Source: Callorhinchus milii (lineage: Eukaryota). Taken from it: 64,000 nt of DNA. The position numbers and the translations under genes are program-made. Each line of letters opens with the position of its first letter. Within the stretch, counting starts at the first letter, position 1. The stretch is from positions 83,950,001 through 84,014,000 of the forward strand of contig NW_024704743.1 of assembly GCF_018977255.1 (NCBI RefSeq), given 5' to 3'. This document shows, piece by piece, positions 53,375-64,000 of this stretch. The notes under the pieces were generated by a model. The model worked only from the letters and a program-made list of their open reading frames with translations, made no database searches and was not told where the DNA came from.

Positions 53375-53930
53375 AAATGGGGAGGTGAGGAGAAATTTTT
53401 TCATGCACAGAATAGTTAGGATATGGAATGCCCTGTCAGGAGTGATGGTTAAGGCAGCATCAATATTGACCTTCAAGAGGAAAGTAGATACATATCTTAA
53501 AATAATCAGTTACAGGGGTTGAAAGGGTTGCCCTTGAGGGAACTAGCACAGATACGATGAACTGAATGGACTACTTCTGTGCTGCTTATTTACAAAGATT
53601 CTGTAATTTACAAAGAATGTAAAGCATGGAAACAATCCACTCGAACCAACCAGTCTGTGTTGGTGTTCATACTCACCATGAGTCACCATCCACTCCTTTA
53701 TTTCCTCCCATACTCTTCTCTTCCCTGCTCCCACATGTGAAGGTTTAGCTTTCTCTTGAATGCATCTATACTATCTTAATCAACCACTGCTTCAGGCAGT
53801 GAGTTCCACAATCTCACTACATTCTGTGTAAAGTAGATTCTCCTTAAATAAACCTCTAGATTCCCTAGTGGCTATGTTATATTTGTATCCCCGATTTACG
53901 GATTCCCATCCAATGAAAATAGCCTATTTA
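53375..53930. mobile_element. Two tail-to-tail CR1 3' relics (plus 53375-53605, minus 53615-53930)
   Basis: RNFFMHRIVRIWNAL on plus; gagttccacaatctcactacattctgtgtaaag is the same motif on minus. Confidence 0.7.
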
Positions 53931-54369
53931 TGTTAACATTTCTATGGTTCAACGTTCTAAGAGCCATCTGCATGCAATTAGTTCAGACTAGGCAAGTATT
54001 TTGTATCAGCCTTAGAGCTAACCAGCACCAAGAAAGCTCAGGAGCCATGGGAATCTACAGCACCACAGGTGGTTACTCAACTCATTGTATTTGTGTTTTT
54101 TTTATTTATTCATTGATGCTATCTATCTTAATTCCTTTTCCCATCTCTTTCCCCATACCCTTAAATACCCTTCCTCCTCACGTGACTATCTAATTCCATT
54201 TTAAATGTGCCAAATGACATCTGCTCCTACACAGACCATGGGAAATTTATTTCTATATACAGATGACAATTCAGAGGCAATATTTTTCCTAATTTTCCCT
54301 TTCATTCTGTAAGCTCCTAGGACGGGATATTGTGATAATTTATCAATACTGAACATTTCCAGGACATTT

Positions 54370-54720
54370 CCTATTGGATCTTAACATGTACCAGAATGGC
54401 CAGGTGAACCTTTGTAAGACACTGGAGCACCCGTCTAGATTTCGAGCTCAAGTCTTTGTGATGTGCAAACAAAAGTGCTGATGGTAGGATGGTCCTAGCT
54501 GGATAAGCACCATGCTGTGATACTACCACAATGGCAGCTTTCTTTGAATTGTACAATCTTGAGGTGAATTGCTTGCCCTCTCCCATACTTACCTCCTATC
54601 GGATTCTTGTGGGTCAATCATCACATCCCATCAATACCAAGCAGGCTTTGGCAAGCCTTCAATAACAATGTCAAAAAGGACAATGATCCATCATTAGTGA
54701 GGTGCATTATGCTCTTCAAC
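54370..54720 (-). mobile_element. Possible ancient LINE RT relic
   Basis: Minus-strand GAYPARTILPSALLF...KVHLAIL resembles a degenerate GxPQGxxLSPxLF...ADDLAIL in the expected order. Confidence 0.3.
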
Positions 54721-56254
54721 AAACTCCCCACAGCTGTATTTAACATCTGTAGTGTTAAATACTGCTTAAACTCCCTTAGTTTACTTTTCATTAACTTCTA
54801 AACTTACGTTAGACCTGATAATTCATTAACCTGCATGCCACTCAATGTGTTTTCTGAAACATGTTTCATGATTTGTTTGCTTATTTTACTCCACTCCTAT
54901 TTACATAAATAACTCATGTTTTAAATAGTTTAGCTTGATAGCCCCTATTGTCCACAAAAGTACATTCTCTTATCAGGAACATTCACTTAACCTGAACTCC
55001 ATCTGAAAATTGGTTGTGTCCCCTTGCCAACTCTATAGTACAGTAAACTTCAATGATTTGCAAATCTGCAACAGTAAAAAAAGTTATTTGCCAGCAGAAG
55101 CAACTGCATGAAATGTTCCTTCTTATTTGAATACAAATCAGAAACATGTATAGCAAACCTGCTAATTGGAAAACAAAAGCTATTAATATACATTATGTGA
55201 GAGAAAATATACTGATCTTTCAGCATGCTTGAGGCTCTTTAATTTGAATCACATACTCTCCAATTTCACTCCTATAGGATAAGCTACATGTCTCACTTAT
55301 AAGTTACCTGACTCATTAAATAAAAAAAAGCTTGATGCTATAATAGGAGAATGGTAGGGTGGGAGTTCTGGAAGAATGATATAAATTGGGTTGAAGGGTC
55401 TTCTTCACCCAAACCTCTCTTGTGATCTGGTGCCATCAACTAAAACATCTGTCTATGTCCCTAAATGTTCATTCTAAATAATTTCTCGTTGACTTGGAGA
55501 AGAAAAAGGACCATCTCACTTTCCCTGCCAGTTGGTAGGATGCTGTTTTTTTATGGCACAAAAAATCCCCCTCAGAGTTGATAACCTATGAAGGGCTTGA
55601 GCTTTACTGTTTCTTGGTTCAATTTGCAAATACATTTACCTGCATCAAAATGATATCAATAATTATTGTACTTCATATGGTGCCTTTCACTTTGGGAAAA
55701 TGTCTTGAAGTGCTTCACAGAATTTATTGTGAAATTTTGAGACTGTGCATTTTGTAGGCAAATGTGGGGTCAATTTGTGCACAGCAATGTCCCCAAAACA
55801 TTATGTGAAATGACCAATTTTATCTGGAGGATTATAGGCCAGTACACCGGGAGAAACTTTTTGAATCGTGCAATGGGATCTATACCATCCACCTGAACAG
55901 GCAGACAGTTCAATGTCTCATCCAAAGGAGATCACCTCCATCAATGCAGTGAACCACCAACACTGTTGTGTCAATGCTCCAAGGCGCTACTGTGCCTGAA
56001 GGGTAGCATATAAATGCAAATTGTTGTTGTCAGACTGGATCATGAGTTTAAAGTCCTGACATAAGGTTTGAACCTACAGCCATCTGACTCTACAACAACA
56101 ACAACTTGCATTTATATATCACCCCTCATGTAGGGTAGCATCCTGGAGTGCTTCACTCAGAGATGACACTGCTACTGACTGAGCCAACTAATTTCAAATG
56201 AATTCATCTTCCATTCCTTGAACCATCCATCTACTTAGTTAATACTAATAAACA

Positions 56255-56583
56255 ATAATAATAATAATAATAATAATCCTTGCATTTGATATAGCGCTTT
56301 TCACGTCAGGAGGACGTCCCAAAGCGCTTCACAGAACACACTGTAAAGTGAATTGACTGTATATTTGTGGGCGAACGCGGCAGCCAATTGCGCACAGCAA
56401 TGTCCCACAAACAGTCGTAGATTAAAAATGACCAATTTAATTATTGTTTTGGGTTTTTTGGAGGGATTATTATTAGGCGTGTGGAGTAAGGAAACTTGCC
56501 CAAGGTTTCGCCCTGCCTGGAATTGAACTCAGATCTCTCACTTGCAAAGCGAGTGCTCTAACCACTGAGCTACAGGACTCCAC
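56255..56583 (-). mobile_element. Young full-length short-form SINE
   Basis: Reverse complement near-identical to 47549-47877. Confidence 0.96.
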
Positions 56584-56641
56584 GATAATCCTTGTGTTTA
56601 TTATAATTTATTTGTTGGTCCAAATCTTCCTGAATGATGGT

Positions 56642-57377
56642 TATCCACTACGTCACCCCTCACGCCGCTGAAACTCTTGTTCGTGCCTTCATCACCTCCA
56701 GGCTTCACTATACAAATGGCCTGCTTGTCGGCCTTCCCAACTCCTCCCTCCACAGGCTGCAGATAATCCAGAACTCTGCAGCCCGTGTCGCCTCCTAAAC
56801 CAAACTCCGTGACCCCATCTCCCCCACGCTCGCCCAACTCCATTGGCTCCCTATCCTTCAGAGGATCCAGTTCAAGATCGTGGTCCTCACCTACAAAGCC
56901 CTCCATGGCCTCGCCCCACCCTACCTCTGTGACCTCCTAACCCCCTACCAACCCACCCACAACCAATTTTCAGATGGAGTTCAGGTTAAGTGAATGTTCC
57001 TGATAAGAGAATGTACTTTTGTGGACAATAGGGGCTATCAAGCTAAACTATTCCCTCCGGTCAGCTGGCTCTGGCCTGCTCTATGTCCTCCGACCCACCC
57101 GTCCCACCATTGGCGGGAGAGCCTTTAGCCACTCTGCCCCCAACCTCCGGAATTCCATTCCCCAATCACTCCACCTCGCTCCCTCCTTAGCCTCCTACAA
57201 GTCCGGCCTCAAGACCCTCCTCTTCGACCATGTCATCAGATCCCGCCCTTCCCCTTCCCTCCCTTCTTCCCCCCCTGACCCCAGCTTGGGTCTGAAATGC
57301 TGTACACTGTCCAGCGCCTTGGGACGTTCTCCCGACTGAAAGGTACTACACAAATGTAATCTTGTTGTTGTTGTTGT
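56642..57377 (+). mobile_element. L2 3' fragment carrying a 95-bp foreign insert
   Basis: LQIIQNSAARV...LHWLP...; (gtt)n tail; insert at 56958-57052. Confidence 0.92.
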
Positions 57378-58219
57378 TTATACAGTACTATTCATCTGCC
57401 TGGAAAGGTTGGTATCATCAGCAAATGTATTATAGTGCAAGTTATTTTCTTCTCTAAGGCAATCAGGAAGAATGTGAACAGCGGGGAATTGAGAACAGAT
57501 CCTGTAGAATTCTGCAACTCACTATCTCCAGATAAAGCTTTTGCCATTCATCAACAATGTCTGCTTCCTTTCATTGAATCATTTTTCAGACCAATCATTT
57601 TATTTACCATTAATTCCATGAGCATTAACCTTCTTTAAAATACTCACAAGTGGAACTTAATCAAATGCCAGCATTAGGGTTGAGTGGAGTCCGAGCCCAG
57701 TTCACAAAGTTAGCTTATTGTCAGACGTCACAGGATGGGGAATGAATGGTTTTGTTTGCTGTTAAGAGAGAGAAGCTTTCTGTGGCTGTCTTTAGTGTAA
57801 ATGCTGTTAAGAAGTTTACTGTTCTCATTGGGAGTGATATTTACAGTCTTTATTAGCCAATTCTTTGTTAATTATTAGAAGAAATTATCATCAGAAGAAA
57901 TAAGTCTTAAGAAACAACGCAAATTTGTTCTTTAACTTAATTTAGCACCAACATTCCTTAATTAACATTTACCTATGGTCATTGTACTGCTCCCAGGCTA
58001 AAATTCTAGATACAGTTCTGGTTGACACCTGGAGGTATAAGGGGCACCTGGAGGCAATACAGAGGAGCATAACAAAGTATCAGACACCTTCTTCCCTTAC
58101 CAGCTTGGAGTCAAGCCACACCACTGTTAAGCACTCTGAGACATGACCCACTTAAGGGTGTTATATAAATGCAAGTTGTTATGGTTGTTTGAATTCCAGT
58201 GTTAGATGAAGTGAGCTTT

Positions 58220-58560
58220 GAGGAATAAATACAATGTATGCATTTCTTCAGCAATGAAGAATAACTTCTTAGACCTGATAAAGCTACATAACAGGATTGA
58301 AAAACTAAACCCAGAACAATACCAAGGCAGCACAGGTTCAGAATTGTGAAGGTCAAGTTTGGGACTAGCACTAGGAAATATACTTTTAACCAGAGGTAAT
58401 TCATAGCTGAAATAAATTTCCAGGAATCGTGGTAGATAACAGACCCTGGACCCATTTAAGAAACAGCTTGATGCTGTACAGAAAGGATAATAGGGTTAAT
58501 GTTATGGAAGGAGGAGATGAAAATGCCGAAGGGACTTTTGCATCAGATTCTTACTTGTAG
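58220..58560 (+). mobile_element. Old CR1 3' relic
   Basis: accaaggcagcacaggttcagaattg...aggaaatatacttttaaccagagg resembles the CR1 TRGH...RKYFF motif. Confidence 0.6.
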
Positions 58561-58703
58561 CTGGAATTTGATGTTTACGCTGAAAGATGTTGTTACCTGC
58601 AGCTTTATTGAGTCATGTTTATCACTTAATTCTTGGAAATAATTGTTACAATGTATTATAAGCTATGCGATAGAAAAATTGAAAGACAATAGAAGGAAAA
58701 TAG

Positions 58704-58972
58704 AAACCTAAATGGGGTAGAGGAGCAAAGGGACGTAGGGGTACACATACACAATTCACTAAAAGTAGCAACGCAGGTTAATAAGGCCATAAAAAAAAGC
58801 AAACCAGGCTTTGGAGTTCATTTCTAGAGGGATAGAGATGAAAAGCAGGGAAGTTATGGTAAATTTCTGTAGAACCTTGGTTCGACCACACTGAGAATAC
58901 TGTGTGCAGTTCTGGTCCCCACATTATAGAAGGAATGTAGAAGGACTGGAGAGGGTGCAACGGATATTCACA
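58704..58972 (+). mobile_element. CR1 internal fragment
   Basis: Highly similar to 46896-47162. Confidence 0.9.
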
Positions 58973-61900
58973 TGTTTCTGTGTTGTATATTCTAATGTAT
59001 TCTAAAGAGAAACAAGTTAAATATTTCCCAATTTTCCCCAATTTTGCAGCTACATTTAGAGAGTCCAAACAAGCCTGTAAATAGTGTGCTGTCACGATTG
59101 TTTTTAAAGACTATTTTTAAGAAATGTATATATTTCTCAATTGAAAGAGAACTTTACTGTGAGAAGAACATTTTTAATACAAAGTACAATGTATTGAGAT
59201 GGCTTAATTATTTTTAATAAATTAAGTCACTACTCAGGTAAGTTTCATTTTTTTCCCCTTTTGTCTATTTAAAAATTGCTTCAGGAACCCAAATGTTTGT
59301 CCCACATATTGTATTTTGAGATTCTTTAATTCACCTGGGACAAAAGCCATTTCCCCCCCCAAAATTGCTTGAAACCCTCTTGAACCAATTTTATATAAAT
59401 TTGTGTTACACTGAGAAAGGGAGTGCAAATGTTACTGTCCACTCCACTCCTGCATAATACACTCCCTCAAAATGGCCTGGATGCCAGCTCCCTGGCAACT
59501 GGACAGACAAAAGAAATGGAAATATCTTGGCCACAATTTCTATCATAAACCCTCTCTTTGGATCTGCGTCGCCTTGAACTCATTCCAATGACAGCTACTT
59601 TGTTTCTTTAAGGGTGAAAAATGTGGGAGAGAAAATGAGATAAATGAAGAAGTAGTGATTAGACGACGCCAAGCTTAAGTTTTAAATGCCTGCAGATTGT
59701 GTAAAGTCTGGAGTGAATAACAAATGTCCTGTTTGGACCATAGTGAATTTTTTGCTGAAGTATAGTTTCTAAACAGCGCTCCGAATTGTTATCCTGCGTG
59801 AAGAGCACTATATAAATGCAAGATATTTTTGTTGTAAATGAAAACTCAATTTCCAGTGAAATATGTACCTTAAAAGAACACTGTCTGTATGAAGGACATG
59901 ATTGATAAACCTATTCAGTTTGGGAAGGAAGCAAACCAGAAGAGCTGGCCTTCATTTTCCTTATGATAACATCATGAGGAAGGCTTCCTTCTCCGAGGCT
60001 TCCTTGTCCATCTTCATGTCACACCTGTAGACCTTCCTTTTCAACTGTGCCTGTTGTCACCGACTCGGTGTGAAGCTTTGCCACTGGTAAGTGTTCCGAG
60101 ACGCTAACCTGTGCTATATGAATGCAAATTGTTGTGGTTATTTTTGACATGAAAGGTGCTATATCAAATGCAAAATATCAATGCCATAGTAAAGAAAGGA
60201 GGTGATCAAACGACTTGAATGGCCTTCTTCACCGCAATTCTCCCACTCACTGTAACTCTGGGCCAAACAGACCCTACTTAGCCACTTGTAAACATATTTG
60301 AATGAGCGAAGCATCTGGTACTCATCTGTAGAGCCCATAACTCATACTAATGTAAAAGTCACACTCTTGGAGCAAATTTGAAACAATTCCAACTAACATC
60401 CAACAGCAACACCTTAGACACATCGCACCATTTTCAGTACTTCAGTATTTACAGTGTTATCTCTACAATACAAGGTACCACTAGATGGCATCATTGCACC
60501 AGTGTAGAAATGCATTCGGTGCATTGCATTGACTGGACACATAATGTGGATGCTTTAAAAAATTCTTAGGATTTGCTTCTTTAAAATAATGTATTGATAT
60601 TTTTCAGTGAGTTTCAATTAAATAACAAGCATTAATACAGTTCCCAAAATTTATAGCAATTTGCTATGGAATTGCTGCAGGTCTCTCTCTCTGTAAATGA
60701 TGGAAAACAGCTCACAACAACACAAGCCAGTGTGGATGGTGGATGTTGAGTACAAAGCTGAATTGGGGGGGGGTGCAGAGATGGAGGTGAATGCAGAGAA
60801 TACAAGATTGAATAAGGGCATTAAATCCATTCTCATCACTCTGCTCCCTTGCTACTTTGCAAGAGTCTATGCATTTGATAGCAAGACAATTGTGTGAGAT
60901 TCATATACTGGTTAATGTGTTACATTTAGATTGTGGTACTCTGGCTCCTGGATATACCGCATAGCATGTACAGAGAAATTGTTTACCTGAAGGAGCAGGA
61001 CATTGTCAATTGATTTTTCTGCTTGAATGCACAGTAGTAACTCAACAACATCAAAAGTTAAGTGGCTCTTTATTCCTATAACTTGTATTTCAGGCTTTAA
61101 AAATCACACCATATTGGATACTGCGACAGAGCTCTGAGGTTCCCTTCCATCCCTGAACAATGTGACTCCGTTTCTTGTACTTTGCTTTAGCCGGTTACGA
61201 GGACCAGAAATGTCTTTGCGATCACAGTGATACAGGACATTGCAAGCATTTAATAGGGTTGAAAAGAGCTTGGATGGAGAAACCGCCACAATGCAGGAAC
61301 CTGTCGCTGGAAAACATAAATGTGCTTTGGGATGGAAGCTGTGCTTCCTGCAGGGAATCCTACACTTGTCATGTTGACTTGCAGGATCTTGGCTTCAAGG
61401 TGATCTCAGGTCAGAGCCGAGGTCTGTGAGTCGGTATGATGTACATAGCAATCCCCTGCTGAATCTTTGTGTCGGAGACCATTCTCTGCACGCGGGGCCA
61501 CATTGGATTAAATTTAATTGTAACGATTGCTTAAATCCCATATAAAAACTTTGTTCACTTTAATGTACATTGAAATGCCTCAAAACTTTCTGGTCAAAAC
61601 ATCTGCAGAGGTACTCAGGCCTTTATAAGGGGGACCCTCGCCAAGAGGATGGCAATTCCCTTTTCTTCCAGAGAAAAGAAACTATACGACCAGACTTTTA
61701 TCTGGTTGCAGTTTCCTCAGCATTTCACTCTCTTTTGACGTAATGAGGTGCCACTTCCATAATAGTCACAATAATGATAATAATCTTTATATTTGTTATT
61801 GTGCCTTTCACGTTGGGAGGCCGTCCCAGAGTGCTTCCCAAAGCATTATGTACAAAGAATCACCATGATGAATTTGTCTGTGAATCTGTGGTGGTGGGAG

Positions 61901-62214
61901 TGGAGAGGTCGTACCTTTAGGAATAGGTGGAAAAATTTTACATTACTTGACATAATCAATCACACATTCAATAATATAGCATCTGTTATGAAACACTGAG
62001 AAAACCTGAGTCTGGTTTAACAATCTAATTTTATTTTGTTCTGAATTTTTCTAGTTTTTCCTTTAGTTTGGGGCATTTTTACATCACAAGTTGACAAAGA
62101 ATTCAAATTGCTGCAGTTTTTGTCTCTTCCATTACTCTTCTGGTTTCAAAACATAATTGCTCTTCAATTTTTTATTTGGAATTTTTTTTATTAATGTGGC
62201 ATTTTATCAAACGG

Positions 62215-62450
62215 TACCTCTTCATGCAGAGGGTAGTGAGAATGGGGGATTCTCTGCCCGAAGCAGTGGTTAAAAGATGTAGTAAAGATACTTTTGAGAG
62301 GAAACTAGATAGACAGATAACGGAGAAGGAGATACAAGGATAGAGGAGGGAGTAAAGAATGGGTGGAGACTCATGTGGAGTATAAACTCAGTGCACTGGT
62401 TGGGCTGAATTACTTGTTTCGGTGATGTACAGTCTATGTAAATCTATGTA
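62215..62450 (+). mobile_element. CR1 3' relic
   Basis: cagagggtagtgagaatgggggattctctgcc and a 3' UTR like 48760-48810. Confidence 0.7.
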
Positions 62451-62761
62451 AACTGCAAGTTGCTGTTTGGGCTCAGGTGAAGAGGATACTAGCTGAGGAG
62501 TGAATTGAATCAGCCTTTTTGGCATGTTTGTTCTAGTTTGGAATAAGGACTGATTGCCACTGAGTAGGACCTGGTTGATGTAAAATGACTGAATCAAATG
62601 AACACAGTCTATTAGAGTTGATGCCAACTAGAATTACAGTACTTTGAAATCCATTGTATTGATTCCAAATTCATAAAATAGCCCAACTGGGGTTCAAAAA
62701 AAGGAGATTCCGATTTGGAGCCACAACAGAGGTCTGTCTCCCTCAAGATCTTTAAACTATG

Positions 62762-62880
62762 AGGCAGCATCTATGGAGAGAGGAAAATGAGTTTCAGGTC
62801 GACAACCTTTCGTCTGAGTGTTCCCAATGACTTCTGTTTTTATTTCAGATTTCCAGCATCTGCAGTATTTTGCCTTTTGT
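62762..62880 (-). mobile_element. Penelope-like element terminal relic with a degenerate minimal hammerhead motif
   Basis: Minus strand cagacga-aaggt-tgtcg-acct-gaaac, followed by ctctccatagatgctgcc; adjacent tttcagatttccagcatctgcagta is typical of chondrichthyan PLE termini as I recall. Confidence 0.6.
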
Positions 62881-64000
62881 TTACACTTTTTTTCACCTCT
62901 GTTGGCAAGGTGCATCTGTCATTATTGCTTTCATGAGTAACTCATTTTCATCACTAGTTTCTTAAGAATTATGGTTTGCATTTATTATTTAGTTCTATGC
63001 TTTAGTTCTGGAGATCTGCAATTCTGTCAAATTCGCAAGGAGAATCCTGTTCAGAGTTTATTCTTACAGCTTTCACTAAGGTCATGAGATCAGGTCAGTT
63101 GAAGAAGACCCTTCAATCCATTTAATATAATTTTCCAGAATTTCTACTCTATCTCCTTACAGCACCTTCTAGCTGTTTCCTTGATGATGCCAGTGTCTTG
63201 GCCTCTAATATAATTTGTCTACTATTGTTTGTGGTGTGCACATTCACTACACTTCCAAGTGAATCATTTGAACCATTTTAAGATGTCCTTCTGACATGGA
63301 AGATGCTATATGAAATGCAAGTTTCTTTTTATTCTTCCAGTTCTCAATTATCCTCTGTGTAAATAAAAAAAGAATACTTCCTTGTGTCTGTACTGAAATT
63401 GTCCTCACACTCTAAACCTAGACACCATTTTCGTTGTATATTATTATATCTGAATGTATTGTTCTGCTTTTACTTTCTCAATCCTATTTGTTATCTTGTA
63501 TGCATCTATCTATAAGATCTCCTCTGAGATATCTGTTTCAAAGATGATTTGTTAAAGAATGCAAAATGATACCACAGATTCATATTATGTCTACTAGCAG
63601 AAATTATAAATTGCATGTACCTAGATTACAGGTTAGCCTGAAAGCTTTATTGAATAATAACAAATATCTATAAAAATTCATGCATTTCATTTAGTACCTT
63701 TCACATCTGGAGGACATCTCAAAGAGCTTCACAGGATACACTGTGAAATGTAGTGACTGTGTTTTGTAGACTGTAACAGGTGAAACTAGATATTGTACTT
63801 AATGCAGAATCTCCAAAAAGTAAGTTTGCACTTTTATAGCGCCTTATGATCAAAGGTTTTCTTCACAAGTAATTACTGTCCAGTTTTGTGAGTGGCTTTG
63901 TAGGCAACGTTTGCACAGCCATGAGGTAAATGATGAGTTTGGATCAAACTGACTTTGACCCTTTTTCCTCGTTTTTAATCCCTGTTGAAATGCTTCCATC

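Noticed and set aside
54585..54700. Minus-strand donor gag|gtaagt
   Set aside because: All three upstream frames contain nearby stops; it lies in a probable LINE relic.
1..64000. CRISPR array, operon or other prokaryotic system
   Set aside because: No regularly spaced repeat-spacer array and no gene-dense organisation; the recurring motifs are retroposon tails.

Overview
Vertebrate nuclear DNA, very probably from a cartilaginous fish (inferred from the repeat complement: L2 and CR1 LINEs, tRNA-derived Deu-type SINEs, Penelope and hAT relics). No intact protein-coding gene was found. The recognisable long ORFs are decayed LINE ORF2 or hAT transposase pieces, and AT-rich unique tracts between repeats look like intergenic/intronic regulatory DNA. 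Highlights: (1) an intronless, frameshifted MAGE/NSMCE3 (Nse3) mRNA fragment on the minus strand (7320-7718), bounded by an exact 12-bp direct repeat, with no poly(A) tail and missing from the ORF track; (2) four templated insertions copied from local DNA (adjacent to about 2 kb away) at or inside retroelement insertions; (3) a covarying 3' stem-loop shared by several L2 subfamilies and the SINE, with the youngest SINE carrying the exact loop of one L2 subfamily; (4) multi-level nested insertions that give a relative chronology; (5) a Buster-type hAT deletion derivative and a related MITE, a tRNA-Glu pseudogene, a Penelope hammerhead relic and an old, probably RNase H-bearing LINE family. Family names come from recalled motifs, not database searches, and boundaries of old relics are approximate.
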